A stretch of DNA of 64,000 nucleotides from positions 22,444,001 through 22,508,000 of the forward strand of contig NC_042999.1 of assembly GCF_006345805.1 (NCBI RefSeq). Direction: 5' to 3'. The number at the start of each line of letters is the position of its first letter. The stretch's first letter is position 1. The stretch comes from Octopus sinensis. Lineage: Eukaryota. Shown here one piece after another: positions 1-14,256 of the stretch. Below the pieces are notes generated by a model that worked only from the letters and a program-made list of their open reading frames with translations, was not told the origin of the DNA and did no database searches. The translations under genes were made by a program, and so were the position numbers.

Positions 1-61
1 CTTCCGTGGTGCTGTTTTGCATTTATAATAATATAAATATTCATTTTCTTTTTTTCTTTTT

Positions 62-302
62 TATTCTTTTATTCGTTTCACTCATTTGACTGCGGCCATG
101 CTGGAGCACCGCCTTTAGTCGAGCAAATCGACCCCAGGACTTATTCTTTGTAAGCCCAGTACTTATTCTATCGGTCCCTTTTGCCGAACCGCTAAGTTAC
201 GGGGACGTAAACACACCAGCATCGGTTGTCAAGCGATGTTGGGGAGACAAACACAGACACACAAATGTATACACACACACACATACATACATACATCAAT
301 AC

Positions 303-348
<46 letters not shown>

Positions 349-510
349 GACGGGTTTCTTTCAGTTTCCGTCTACCAAATTCACTTACAAGGCTTTGGCC
401 GGCCCGAGGCTATAGTAGAAGACACTTGCCCAAGGTGCCACGCAGTGGGACTGAACCCGGAACCATGTGATTCGTACGCAAGCTACTTACCACACAGCCA
501 CTCCTACGCC
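62..510 (-). mobile_element. tRNA-derived SINE family A (CORE-like motif, internal (TA)/(TG) tract, LINE-like 3' tail)
   Basis: Minus strand: head GGCGTAGGAGTGGCTGTGTGGTAAG, B-box-like GGTTCAGTCCC, ACCTTGGGCAAGTG, tail GGCGGTGCTCCAGCATGGCCGCAGTCAAATGA; more than 12 similar copies in the window. Confidence 0.9.
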
Positions 511-693
511 TTTATTTGGAAATATATGCAAATTATAAAAACAAATATATGCAGTAATGTTTCTACTTCGCAGATTTTCACCTATCGCGGGTGTTATGTT
601 CCAAAAAACCCTGCGATAGTCGAGGGATTACTGCTTGCCAAAAGAAAATATAGAAGAAATTGTAACTGTTCGGATAACAGTATTTAGCAAAAA

Positions 694-852
694 GGAGAAA
701 AGGATTAAGAGATACAAGGGAAAAATATACGATACCGAATTTATGATGTCTTTTTACATGATAGGTCTATACTACACATTCACACACGTGTGTGTGTGAC
801 CATATATATATATGTTCTGATACACGCACAGCCAAAAAATTAACTAACTAAC

Positions 853-910
<58 letters not shown>

Positions 911-1079
911 CGCACACACACACACACACAAGTGCTTGTACTGGCAGCGCTGCAATTTTCCAATCATGGGGAGAGAAAAGGATTAAGAGATACAAGAGAA
1001 AAATATACGATACCGAATTTAAGATGTCTTTTTACATGATAGGTCTATACTACACACACATGTGTGTTTGTGTGTGTGT

Positions 1080-1123
<44 letters not shown>

Positions 1124-1218
1124 ATATATATATATATATGCTCTGATGCACACACACACACACCACACACACACATGTGCTTGTACTGGCAGCTCTGCGA
1201 TTTTCCAATCATGGGGGA
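694..1218. repeat. Local tandem duplication (two ~250-280 bp copies containing CA/GA microsatellites)
   Basis: GAGAAAAGGATTAAGAGATACAAG...TGCTTGTACTGGCAGC...CCAATCATGGGG occurs twice (about 694-972 and 973-1218). Confidence 0.85.
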
Positions 1219-1967
1219 AAAGCCATAATTACAACTTACACTCTCTTCAAATAATATCTCCCTTCAGACAATAACCTAAATAACTGACGAATAATCAATT
1301 TACCAAAACTAACTTTGAATCCAAAATTTTCAAACCTACGCGTCCGCTTATGCAAAGTTATATAACTTGAATTTAACGCTACAGTCAAAGCTAATTACAA
1401 ACCTTAATACCAGGCAAATCCATTAATTTAGAACCTAAAATTAGAGACTAAAAGCAAATACTATTAACCAAGTCGTAATTACATATAAAACTATATATAA
1501 CTATCAATTTAGTTAGATTTCCATAAAATCTTCAGCTAGAAAAACGTTAAGATAACTCCAATGAATTCAAAATTTATAAAATTCAATGTGAGATTTTATT
1601 ATTACTTCGTTATGACCCTTCAACACTCCTTACAAAGAACATAGATATAGCTCAGTCCTACTTTTAATATTCTAGCAAATAACTTAATGACTTTGATGTA
1701 ACAGGTCAGCCATCGACATTTTTTTTTCCCCCATCCAATGTTCATAGCTTTATTTAATTCGAATTTTAAGGTTAGAAGTCATTTATTTCATTTCTCGCGA
1801 AGTTTGTAAAATTTTATAACATAAACAACACGATCTCGCTGGCAAGAAGAAAGCTTCAAAAATGAATTGCAAAATTCGAAGGATTGCTTTGGTACAACGT
1901 CTGCTTTGTTTCCAAAAGATATGGGTTCCAGTCCCCAAAATTTAGCGATATAAATAATATCTCCATA

Positions 1968-2180
1968 AGGCGGTGAGCTGACAGAATAGTTAGCACGCCG
2001 GGGAAAATGGTTAGCTGCATTTCGTCCGTCTTTACGTTCCGAGTTCAAATTCCACCGAGGTCGACTTTGCCTTTCATCTTGTCAGAGGGCGATAGATTAA
2101 GTACCAGTGAAACACTGGGGTCGATGTAATCGACTATCCCCTCCCCCTAAAATTTTAGGCATTTTGCCTATAGTAAAAAG
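1968..2180 (+). mobile_element. tRNA-derived SINE family B
   Basis: Head GGCGGTGAGCTGACAGAA..GTTAGCACGCCGG, B box GAGTTCAAATTCC, central block GGTCGACTTTGCCTTTCATC..AAGTACCAG; further copies near 3066, 6214, 6750-7280, 10889, 13220, 17750, 46251. Confidence 0.85.
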
Positions 2181-2244
2181 GCTATAAAAATATCCACGCT
2201 CTGTTATATTAACTTACAAATAAATGACAAACACACACACACAC

Positions 2245-2291
<47 letters not shown>

Positions 2292-2474
2292 ATATATATA
2301 ATTATATATAAAGTTGTGGTAAAACATTTTACCTTGCCCATATAATACAATAAATGAATTAATTGCATCGCAATTCTTAACATTTATGTATTAACTTTGT
2401 TGGGTACTTTACTGGCAGTATATTGGATATATGTTATCCCATGGTGGGTTGCACTCACAACCCCTATCTCACTT

Positions 2475-2522
<48 letters not shown>

Positions 2523-2600
2523 CATGTATGCACATATATATATATATACATACATACTTTTACAACCACACACATACATACATACTTACACACACATATG

Positions 2601-2659
<59 letters not shown>

Positions 2660-3370
2660 TGAGAGAGAGAGAGAGAGAGAGAGACGCGTGTGTGTATGTT
2701 CTCAAGACCGCTGGGTGACAGTATCTGTAGAGTGGTGACAAAACTTCTTGAGAATTTAATTACTGTCCGAGTTCAGGCCCCACAGGGATTGGCTTCACCT
2801 CCCATCGCTGCAAGTTTTAATAAAAATAAATACCCTTTGTGTTCAATTTAATTTACTGTGTTGTATTCGATTTAAATATTTATTGTCTTCGATTTAATAC
2901 ATTTTAACCCCAACCAAATGTGAGACTCTGTGTCGCCCTTAGAAACTGATATTAAATGAAATGTATAAAAAGATATTTTTGTAATATAATTTGAAATAAA
3001 TGGCGACAGATAACAAATTCTTCGGATATTATTGATATAGTCAATTGATTTGAGCCGAGTAAATTGGTTTCAAATTTTGGCACAAGGCCAGTAATTTCGA
3101 AGGAAGTTGGCTAAGTCAATCACATCAGCCCAAGTGTTCAGCTTGTACTTATTTTATCGTCCCCGAGAGGATGAAGGCAAAGCTGAATTTGGTGGAATTC
3201 GATCTCAGAACACAGGCGCAGTTGTGTGGTAAAAAGCTTGCTTCCCAACCACATGGATCTGAGTTCAGTCCTACTGCGTGGTGCATTGAGTAAACGCCTT
3301 CTACTATAGCCTCGGGACAACTAAAACCTTGTTAGTGGAGTTTTGGTAGACGGATACTGAAAGAAACCCG

Positions 3371-3513
<143 letters not shown>

Positions 3514-3641
3514 GATATACATATATATATATAATATATATATATTGATAATATATACATACATACACATATATATACACACATATAAACATATATATAC
3601 GTGTCTATATATATATATCTATGTATGTATATATGTATATA

Positions 3642-4281
3642 TATTAAAGTATTAATTTCAATGAGACAAGTTCCAATAATACTCTTCATCAAAGCCGACA
3701 CTTTTCTAAACACGGAGGGTATATATAAACCATTAAAAGCGTGCAAACGCATAACATACAAAAACATATATATACAAATAACAGTGTAATTCTGTGCCCA
3801 AATCAAAGTCGGATAAGTAATTGCATAATTACTGAGAAGTGCAAGCTGATGAGATAACAGTTCACAATGATCCAAAAGAGATGTCCTCAAATGAATTCAA
3901 TAAATAGAAAGTCTTACGGCCGTTTCTGGGAATGTTCGAAGAAGTGTGTAGGTATTACCGAAGTTCAAAAGGGCTTACCTACACACTTCTTCGCACATTC
4001 CCAGAAACGGCCGTAAGACTCTTTCTATTTATTGAACTTCCTTTTTTGGATTATTGTGAACTGCTATCTCATCAGTTTGCACTTCTCAGTATTTATGCAA
4101 TTACTTATCAGACTTTCATTTGGGCACGGAATTACACTGTTATATGTGTATATATATATGTTTTTGTTTGTTGTATGTTCGCACGCTTATAATGGCTTAT
4201 ATATGCCCTCTGTGTTTAGATATGAGTCGGTTTTGATGATGAGTACTATTGACCTTGGAACTTGACTCTTTCAAAATAATA
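3642..4281. repeat. Head-to-head inverted duplication (~310 bp arms) of a non-coding PLE-pLTR-like sequence carrying the 3' half of a hammerhead (GAAACGGCCGTAAGAC)
   Basis: 3642-3954 is the diverged reverse complement of 3977-4281; the right arm continues at 5541 after the mariner insertion. Confidence 0.8.
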
Positions 4282-5540
4282 TTAGGTCAAGTATGAAATT
4301 TGTAGTGACGTATATAGTAAACTTTACAACTGCTCATTTTGCGCTCTTGTTATATTTTGACAATCATTATTTTTTGTTAGAAAGCTGACAATTTATTTCT
4401 TTATTCTAACTTATTTTGCGCTTTATAAAGTGTTTATAAATCGTTTTTTTTTTTGTTTTTTTTTTGCTATTTTTGTTTAGAGATGGATAAATCAGAAATT
4501 CGTACTGTTTCGAAATATTAGTTCTTTCTTGGAAATACAGCATCACAGACAGCTCGGAATATTAATGGATTTTTTCATTCTAATGTTATTACACAGCAGA
4601 CAGTATCAAATTGGTTTACAAAATTTCGTTCTGGTAACTTTGACCTAGCAAATGAGCAATGCAGTTGACCAGAAACAAAGTTAGATAATGACGAACTGAA
4701 AGCCACCGTCGAGTCAGATCCATCTCAAAGTGCTCGTGAATTATCGTTGTTGTTTGGTGTTAGCAAGCAAACAATATTGACTCACCTAGTTCAAATCGGT
4801 AAAGGGAAAAAGTTGGATAAGTGGGTTCCACATTAACTCAATGAAAATCAGAAACAGCAACGTTTGGAAGCCTGCACTATGCTACTTTCTCGTCACAAAA
4901 ATTAATAATTTCTGAATCGAATTATAACATGTGATGAGAAATGGATCCAGTACAACAATTGTAAACGTTGAGCACAATAGTTGGACAAAGACGAGCCACC
5001 ATAATACAGTCCAAAAAGCAAAATTTATCAAAAGAAGCTGACGGTGTGTGTTTGGCGGTCTGGTGTAGGTGTGATCCGTTATGATTTCATTAAACCTGGC
5101 TCATCAATCACCGCCGAAGTATACTGCAGCTAACTGGACCAAATGATGCAGAAACTTACAAAAAAAACAGCCTAGATTAATCAACAGATCCACACATCAC
5201 AAAAATGACATTGGTGAAACTACAGGAGTTGGAGTTGGAAGTTCTCCATCGTCCACTATACTCACCTGATCTTGTCCCCACTGACTACCCTTTCTTCCAG
5301 AATTTGAATAACTTTTTGACAGGAAAGAAATTTAATTCTGACGATGCTGTAAAACAAGCCTTCCAAGATTTTATTGACTCTAGATTGCCAAGCTTTTACA
5401 GTTCCGGGCTGGACAAGCTACTGCTGAAATGACAAAGTGTATTGACAATATGTGTGCATACTTTGATGAATTAAACTATTTCTGGTATTTATAAAACATT
5501 AGCAAACGTTTTTCCACAAATTTCATACTTGACGACCTAA
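4282..5540 (+). mobile_element. Full-length decayed mariner (Tc1/mariner) transposon
   Basis: TIRs TTAGGTC(GTC)AAGTATGAAATTTGT / ACAAATTTCATACTTGACGACCTAA with TA flanks; about 1.26 kb. Confidence 0.95.
4483..5470 (+). pseudogene. Mariner transposase pseudogene
   Basis: MDKSEIR..., KWVPH*L, RIITCDEKW, YSPDLVPTDY motifs with many stops and a deletion. Confidence 0.92.
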
Positions 5541-5609
5541 TACTTTAATCTAATCGCTCAATAAATTGAGCTCTATGCTGTTGTTTCTTGAAAAGAGTTC
5601 ACCTCCATA

Positions 5610-5661
<52 letters not shown>

Positions 5662-5685
5662 TGCCCTCACTACTGCTTGATAACT

Positions 5686-5942
5686 AGAACGTAGCGGCAG
5701 ACGAAATACCTATTTCTTTACTACCCACAAGGGGCTAAACACAGAGGGGACAAACAAGGACAGACAAACGGATTAAGTCGATTATATCGACCCCAGTGCG
5801 TAACTGGTACTTATTTAATCGACCCCGAAAGGATGAAAGGCAAAGTCGACCTCGGCGTTATTTGAACTCAGAACGTAGCGGCAGGCGAAATACTGCTAAG
5901 CATTTCACCCGGCGTCCTAACGTTTCTGCCAGCTCGCCGCCT
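5686..5942 (-). mobile_element. SINE family B with partial second tandem unit
   Basis: Full unit followed by the ...AAAGAAATAG|GTATTTCGTCTG junction. Confidence 0.85.
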
Positions 5943-8861
5943 TACTATAAAGTATTATAATACGAACCAATAAGGGGAAGATTAAGCTGTGTCTATCAAA
6001 TTAAGGAGCCACTACAAGATACTACAGTACTAGCAGCAATTTGAAATGGTTAGTGTCCTTCTTGGTGCAGCCTGGAGAAGGGTAGTTTTCGCCGGGCCGT
6101 GTTCTACTAGATTCACTAAAATGATAATATTAATAAAACAGATTTCATTGGTGGCTCAATGTTATGGTAATCTGCATCACTGATCTTTGGAAATTTAATA
6201 TTTTATGATCAGCAAGGCGGCTAGCTGGCAGAATCGTTAGCACGCCGGGCAAAAAGCTTAGCTACGTTCTGAGTTCAAATTCCGCCAATGTCGACTTTGC
6301 CTTTCATCCTTTCGGTGTAGATAATTTAAGTACCAGTTGTGTACTGGGTTCATTCTAATCGACTGCCTCCTACCCTCTCCTCAAAAATTTCGAGTCTTGT
6401 GCCTAGAGTAGAAAAGAATATTTTATGATCAGCCTAGGGTTGAAATAAGTGTAAGATTTGAGCTCGGAATGTGAATTAATTCATTGCTTTATATTCGGTG
6501 ATCCCACTCAGACAACAAACCTATGAAAACGTGGGTCAAAGCCCATTATTCGGAATAAGGAATGTGTAGATTTCTAGAGAGGAAATGGCAGTGAAGTGAT
6601 AGACATTAACTTATACTAAGGCTCAAATCTTAATCACAAGCTCGGATTGTCAAAGTGCTTATTACTTTTCCAAAGTGACGGCTTGTGGACTACGTTGTGC
6701 TAATATAACTTCTACGGCCCACAAAGAAGATGGTTCCTGTTTCTGGAAGAAACGTTTCCACGCCGAACAAAATACTTAGTGATATTTCTATGGGCTCTTT
6801 ACGTTCCGAGTTCAAATCCTGCCGAGGTCGACTTAGCCGTTCATACTTTCAGGGTCGATAAAGTAAGTATCACTAGAACATTGGGCCTATGTAATTGACT
6901 TACCCCTCCCTCAAAATAACTGTTTTGTGCCAAAATTTGAAATAATTATTAAAAACAATCTGGCAGTATTGTTAGCGCATCGGACAAAATGCTTAGCGGC
7001 ATTTTTCTTCCGGCTCTTTACGTACCGAGTTCAAATCCTGCCGAGGTCGTCTTTGTCTTTCATTCTTTCGGAATCGATAAAATGAGTACTTAGCGCATCG
7101 GACAAAATGTTTAGCGGCATTTCTTCCGGTTCTTTACGTTCCGAGTTCAAATCCTGCCGAGGTCGACTTTGTCTTTCATTTTTTTCGGGGTCGATAAAAT
7201 GAGTACTTAGATCGATGATATGATAGACTTAGCCCTCGCCTCGAAATTGCTGGCCTTGTACCAAAATTTGATACAATTATTCCATTTTGCATTTGAGCAA
7301 TCTTTGCTAATCTAGCGACGATTTCAACCGAACACTTGAGAAAGTCATAAATGTCACAAGATCTCCTTTTTGTTTTATAACTATGGGATTGGGCCTCAGA
7401 AGGAAATCAATATTACGCAACACATTGTTGGAGCCATCCGTAGTAAAGATACTCACCCCATACAAAAATAGGTTAATTTTATCTATAAATTTATCGATCT
7501 TCGTCGTATAATATCTAGCTTATCAATTCAGCTCTGATATCGATTTTTTTCGAAATCTTTACAAAGATCCAATTTTTCAGACAATTTTTCTCTCTTTCTT
7601 CCTTTTTTGTTTCGTTTGTTTTGTTTCGTACAAGTAAATGAACTCGCTTAAGTGGTTGAAAAATATTTCCAACAGAGCATTATCCATAATATATGTGGTT
7701 GCTATAGTAGAAGTACTGTACCATTTTAGTAACAGCTTCAAGAAGTGAATGGCTTGCACAAGCAGAAACCATTTTGAGAATAGAGAATTCTCGACTTGAG
7801 AGAGAGGAGAGAAGTTTCTCTTAACAACAAGTAATATAATTCTTCCATCAAAAAATAGTATTGATCGAAAACCATTCGTAATTTAACATGGATAGATTTA
7901 AGACGTTGATTTAAAATTAGCTCAGTCAAACTCTATTGTGTCCATGGTAACAATAGTGAAAACATCGATCTCTTATCACAACGGCAGCAAGCTAATCGTG
8001 CTATAGGATCTTCTAGATTTTACCAAACTCTCAACATGGCACGGCGACCTTTACTAGTGATTCTAGTGATTCAGAAGATTGAATAGTCAGAAGAAATAAA
8101 CCATTTTGAATGAAGTGAGAGGTAGACGCTGAAGTTTATCGTTTCATTAATGTTATCCATTAGTGTTTATCGTTTTCTTATAATTGCGTTCTTGTAATTA
8201 CTTTCTTCATTACATTTTTTTTTCTCTCTCACAATCAATATCCCAAACGCAGTTGATTGCATGTATTAAATTATGTCGCTGGCGTTTTCATAAACCGGCC
8301 CAAACCATAGAAAACTTATAAGCGAAGAAGGAAAGAGGCCGTCCGTAATGTAAAAGAATCTGGACTGCAGTGAGGAAAGGGGTTTATACGCTGAATAACC
8401 TATACAGATAACTAACAAGATATTATCGATTAGGGGACGGGGGGGGGGAAATTGACTAGGCAGAAATAGATTCATATCATAGCAGAGTCGAAAATGGAAT
8501 TTTGTGATGTGCATCCCTTCCCTCGGGCTATTTAATTGAGTAAATATAGGAAAATTGCCTGAGCTGGTAATCAAAGCCGGGTTCGTGATCTCAGCCTTTC
8601 CAAAGCATACATCTTGCTCTCTAACGTTAGCCGTTTTCTTTTCCTTTTTTTATTTCTTTTTTTTTTTGTAAAAGACTGATTAATTACTAAATTCTTCTAT
8701 ATATCCATTCCATGTTGTACTTGCAGATTGGTCTGCCCTTGGACGGTTCCAATAGAATATCAGTTTTCCTATGAGACCAGGCTACTAATCCTTTAATCAA
8801 AACTTTCTCCTTTTTCTGGAGTCACAGAACTGATTGAGAGAGAAAGAGAAAAAAGAACAGT

Positions 8862-8899
<38 letters not shown>

Positions 8900-9073
8900 A
8901 AGATAAAGTATCACTCCATCCACTACTGGTAATTTATTTATGAAACTCGCAAGGATGAGAGGAAAAATTAACTTCAGCGGGATTTGAACGTACAATGCAG
9001 GAACAAATACCATCAGATATTTCATCCGATGCTCTAATGGTTCTACCAATTCGCTGCTTTTACGTAACAAAAA

Positions 9074-9320
9074 GTGGAGGCGCGTGGCTTAGCGGTTAGC
9101 GTGTCAGGATCATGATCGTAAGATTGTTGTTTCGATTCCTGGACCGGGCGACGCGTTGTGTTCTTGAGCAAAACACTTCATTTCACGTTGCTCCAGTCCA
9201 CTCAGCTGGCAAAAATGAGTAACGCTGCGATGGACTGGCGTCCCGTCCAGCTGAGGAACACATGCGCCATAGAAACCGGGAAACCGGGCCCAAGAGCCTG
9301 GCTAGACTTTAAAAAGGGCG
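9074..9320 (+). mobile_element. tRNA-derived SINE group C (GTGGAGGCGCGTGGC head)
   Basis: A box TGGCTTAGCGG, B-box-like TTCGATTCC, body GTGTTCTTGAGCAAAACACTT..., tail GAAACCGGGAAACCGGGCCC. Confidence 0.8.
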
Positions 9321-9699
9321 CAAGAAGAAGACATAACAAAAACTGATATAAAATAATTCTTTCTAATTTTGAGGGGAGGGGTTAAGTCGATTACATCAAT
9401 TACCAGTATGTGACTGGTATTTATTTTATCGAATCGGAGAGAATGAAAAGCGAAGTTGACTTTGGTGGGATTTTGAACTCGGCAAGTAAAGAATCGGAAA
9501 AAAATGTCACGGGATTGTGTGACGTTGATGCCTTTTCTTTCAATATAAGTAAATCCTGTAGTATATATATAATGGGCGAATACCAGAATCGGCAGAGCGT
9601 CGAATAAAATACTTTGTAACATTTAGTAACGTACCTTTAATGTTCTGACTTCAAATTCCGCCCAGGTCCGCTTTGCTATTCATCTCTTTTCTCTCTTTC

Positions 9700-10110
9700 T
9701 CTCTTTTACTTGTTTCAGTCATTTGACTGCGGCCATGCTGGAGCACCGCCTTTAGTCGAGCAACTCGACCCCGGGACTTATTCTTTGTAAGCCCAGTACG
9801 TATTCTATCGGTCTCTTTTGCCGAACCGCTAAGTTACGGGGACGTAAACACGCCAGCATCGGTTGTCAAGCAATGCTAGGGGGACAAACACAGACACACA
9901 AACATACACACATACATACATACATATATATATATATACATATATACGACAGGCTTCTTTCAGTTTCCGTCTACCAAATCCACTCACAAGGCATTGGTCG
10001 GCCCGGGGCTATAGTAGAAGACACTTGCCCAAGATGCCACTCAGTGGGACTGAACCCGGAACCATGTGGTTGGTTAGCAAGCTACTTACCACACAGCCAC
10101 TCCTGCGCCT
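9700..10110 (-). mobile_element. SINE family A, full length
   Basis: Near-identical to the 62-510 copy. Confidence 0.9.
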
Positions 10111-10134
10111 CATCGTTTAAAAGTCGACAATATA

Positions 10135-10721
10135 ATATTCTTTTCTACTCTAGGCACAAAGCCCGATATTTTGGGGGAGGGAACCAGTCGATTAGATCGA
10201 CCACACTACACAACTAGTACTTGATTTATCGACCTCGAAAGGATGAAAAGCAAAGTCCACTTCGACGGAATTTGAACTCAGAACGTAGCTACGGGTGAAA
10301 TATCTCTTTCTTTACTACCCACAAGGGGCTAAACACAGAGAGGGGGGAAATGGACAGACAAACGGATTAAGTCGAGTATATCGACCTCAGTGCGTAACTG
10401 GTACTTAATTTATCAACCCCGAAAGGATGAAAGGCAAAGTCGACCTCGGCGGAATTTGAACTCAGAATGTAAGGATAGACGAAATGACTATTTCTTTACT
10501 GCCCACAAGGGGCTAAGCACAGAGGGGATAAACAAGGACAGACAAACGGATTAAGTCGATTACATCGACCCCAGTGCGTAACTGGTACTTATTTAATCGA
10601 TCCCGAAAGGATGAAAGGCAAAGTCGACCACGGCGGAATTTGAACTCAGAACGTAGCGGCAGAAGAAACACTGCTAAGCATTTCGCCCGGCGTGCTAACG
10701 TTTCTGCCGGCTCGCCGCCTT
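10135..10721 (-). mobile_element. SINE family B head-to-tail trimer (184-bp period)
   Basis: GAAAGGATGAAAGGCAAAGTCGACC recurs three times about 184 bp apart; single 5' head at about 10720. Confidence 0.9.
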
Positions 10722-11267
10722 AAAGATATTTGCATATTGACAACACACCCCATGACACATTGGTTCATTGAAGCACCAATGAAGACTCCGGCTTCATTTG
10801 GGGCTGTGTACTGTCAGCACACCAGCTTGATGAAAACCATAGCACTCGCCCACCTTTCTTTCAAACAACATCAATACAAGTTGAATTAAAGGCAGCGAGA
10901 TGGCAGAATCATTAGCGCGCCAGGCAAAATGCTTGGCAGCATTTCGTTAGTCTTGACTTTCTAAATTAAAATTCTACCGAGGTCGACTTTGCCTTTCATC
11001 CTTTCCGAATCGATAAAATAAGTACCAGTTGCGCACTGGGGTATATTTAATCGACGTACCCACTCCCCTGAACTTACTGGCTTTATACCAAAATTTGAAA
11101 CCGACGTAAGTTGAATTAATAATGAAATCTAATGAACCAAAAAGATTTATCAGATTTACAGACCTACAGCTGCTTGCAGTGGTGAACTGTACAATCATGG
11201 GTTACACAAAATGATCTACGAATAGTCATTGCGCCTTATCTATTATCTAACTGATATCCTATCTACA

Positions 11268-11602
11268 GTGAAGGCGCATGGCTCAGTGGTTAGAGCGTCG
11301 AGCTTACGATCGTGAGGTTGTGAGATCGATTCTCGTACCGTGCTACGTGTTGTGTTCTTGAGCAAGATACATTATTTCACGTTGCCCCATTTAACTCAGC
11401 TGTATAAATGAGTTGCGACATCACTGGTGCCAAGCTGTATCGGCCTTTGCCTTTCCCTTGGATAACATCAGTGGCGTGGAGAGGGGAGGTTGGTATGCAT
11501 GGATGACTGCTGGCCTTTCATAAACAACCTTGCCCCGACTTGTGCCTCTCGGAGGATAACATTCTAGGAGCAATCCCAAGGTCATTCATGACCGATGGGG
11601 GC
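11268..11602 (+). mobile_element. SINE group C with alternative 3' tail
   Basis: Head GTGAAGGCGCATGGCTCAGTGGTTAGAGCG, body as at 9074, tail ...GGTCATTCATGACCGATGGGG; related copy at 45195-45560 (-). Confidence 0.8.
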
Positions 11603-11871
11603 CTCCTCCTCCTCCTCCTATCCTATCTACACGACAATTAATTCTAAAATGACGTCGTAAAAGATATGAAAGGCCATGCATGCAAATCAAAGTTAAGATA
11701 GGCAGAGCAAGAACCTAGAATGATACGTGGTGGACACGACATCGTAGAGCTTTGTATTTTTTAATCTTCGATGCTTGCCAATAAGCAATAAAATATTCAT
11801 ACTAACTTCTGGTGTATCTGTCGATGTTTTGTCCCGATATGACTCATTCACAGACAATGGCTAGATTATTA

Positions 11872-13146
11872 CAAGGGAAAGTCAAAAATTATCTGCACTT
11901 CCATCAAAACTTTCTTTAGGTTGGCCACACTGCTTTCAAAACTCACATGCTAAAAGGAGGTATCCTTGTGGTTACATAACAGAGGTTTAACTTTGATCCC
12001 TGCAGGTTTCTTTCTTGTGTTAAAGAGTATAAATAGCCGCTGCATTGCCAGTGTGCACCAAGGAAGAACAGAGATCAGTGATCTGGTTTCTCTGGTCTGA
12101 TGGTTTGTCAGGAGCTGAAATTCAATAGAATACAGGAACAACGCTCTACCAGGTGGGACTGAGTTTGAATGGATCGAGAAGTTTATAAGTGACCGGGCAA
12201 ACACGAAGTATATAGTGGGAGCAGGATGTCTATCAACCTCCCCCCATTGACGTGGAGAATTAACAAGCTCGAGAGACGGCTCTGGTTAACCGACGAGTGA
12301 CCATCAATGGGGTAGCATGTTCTCAGCAAATTAATCTTGGTTCTGCATAAGAAATTATCCATGACAAGCTTCGTTTCCTAAAGTCTTTGCAAAATGGGTG
12401 CCAAGTGAGCTTACCAAAGTACATAGGCGCAGCCGTTTAGAGATCTGTCAACGCTTACTCGACCGCTACAATGATAAAGGTAATTTTTTTTTTTTTGGTA
12501 GAAAATTGTGAAAAGAGATGAGACCAGGGACCATCATTTTCAGCCAGTATCCAAAAGACAGAGAATAGAATGGAATACCCAGAACCGCCAGTGAAAAAGA
12601 AATTGAAGATTCAACCCTCCTCAGAGAAAGCGATGCTAACCGCTTTAAGGATGCAAAAAGGCCTATGCTGGAGCATTACCGGGAAATGAAGTCTATGGTC
12701 ACTAGTGTAAGCTACAGGGAAATGTTGTCTAACAACTGAAACGAAGCAAATGCTGAGGTCTACTGTCAAATCAAGTGTTATTGTTGCACAACTATGCATA
12801 TCCACATACAGCCGCCCCCACCATTGAAACCATTGAACACCCCGGAACACCCTGCATACAGTTCAGATCTCACACCTTCCAACTACCCACTCTTTAGATA
12901 GTTCAAACATCCTTTACGAGGTCGTCGATTCGCTAAGGGCGAAGAAGCGCAAGGAACGGTGCCCAAACGACTGCGCGACCAACCGAAAACCTTCTCCGAT
13001 GAAATAAACAAGATTGTGGACCACTGGAAGAAGTGCATCAAAAAGCAAAGAGACTACGTCGAAAAATGATGTACTTGTTCAAACCCTGCTTCTGTTTTAA
13101 TAAATTACAAAAACAAGATTGCGTGCAATTTTTTTACTTACCCTCG
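11872..13146 (+). mobile_element. Full-length heavily decayed mariner (CGAGGG-type TIR, irritans-like)
   Basis: TA|CAAGGGAAAGTCAAAAA ... TTTTTACTTACCCTCG|TA; remnant motifs KWVPSELT and HPAYSSDLTPSNY. Confidence 0.85.
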
Positions 13147-13876
13147 TATTTCGAACATTCTAGATCAGATGATATTATGTGGCGAGTGTTTGTCATAAAC
13201 TATGGCTTTTAAGTTACCCATTTCTTTACTACCCACAATGGGCTAAACACAGAGGGGACAAACAAGGACAGACATAGGTATTAAGTCGATTACATCGACC
13301 CCAGTGCGTAACTGGTACTTATTTAATCGACCCCGAAAGGATGAAAGGCAAAGTCGACTTTGGTGGAATTTGAACTCAGAAAGTAACGGCAGACAAAATA
13401 CGACTACGCATTTCGCCCGGCGTGCTAACGTTTCTGCCAGCTCGCCGACTTATGGTTTTTATGTTACCGTTTGAGGAGTGGTATGTTATTTGATTCCTAA
13501 AGCGGAACACTACTTCTACTACCTGATTCATTCCATAACTCCAGCAAGTGTGAACCGAGTATTGGTTTAGGATAAACAGGAAAGAAAGCGCTCCGATAAA
13601 GTTACAGCAAGTTTCATTGTGAATCCTTTGAAAATGGTAAGTGTTATCTTCTTTCAAAGTGTTGCGTGATCCACGTTTGTGTGTAACGTTACAAAGTGTC
13701 GAGCGGCTGTAGATGGTATGTAGAGATCTAAGGACAAGTCAGGGAAATGAAACAATTTACAGATCGCTGGTTAATATATACTGAGAAGAAAAAAAACGGG
13801 AAAAGAGAAGCTGTATTGATCCTTGCAGGAATCATAATCCGAATTTATAAGAATCAAAATAAATGCCAGAAAAAGT

Positions 13877-14136
13877 AACAAAACAGATAATTTTGCATAG
13901 GTAATTTTCGACTTTTGTCTGAAAAACTAGATATTTCTAGTTGTGATTTGGCTTCTTTTTACAATACGAATGAAGTGCCAATTTTTTATCGAGAAAATTC
14001 GTAGGGATTAAATCTAACAAAACGATAATTTTGCACAGGTAATTTTCGATTTTTGTATGAAAAACTAGATATTTCTAGCAATGATTTGGTTTCCTTTTAC
14101 AATACGAATGATATACCGAATTTTATCGAGAAAATT
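13877..14136. repeat. Tandem duplication of a ~135-140 bp unit
   Basis: AACAAAAC(A)GATAATTTTGCA..GGTAATTTTCGA..AAAACTAGATATTTCTAG..TTTTATCGAGAAAATT occurs twice. Confidence 0.85.
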
Positions 14137-14256
14137 TTTAGAGACTATGTCTATTCTGCATATTACTGGCATTTTATTTATCGACATTGCTAATACAAAG
14201 TGAAGTTTAGTAGAATTTTAATACTTATTGTATGAAACTAAAATACGAAAATAGAT

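Noticed and set aside
7290-8600. Possible host exon or promoter in unique-looking sequence
   Set aside because: No recognisable protein motif or convincing splice-bounded frame; needs RNA-seq.
10135-10721. Hammerhead within the SINE B tandem unit
   Set aside because: No CUGANGA/GAAA pair with stems was found on either strand.
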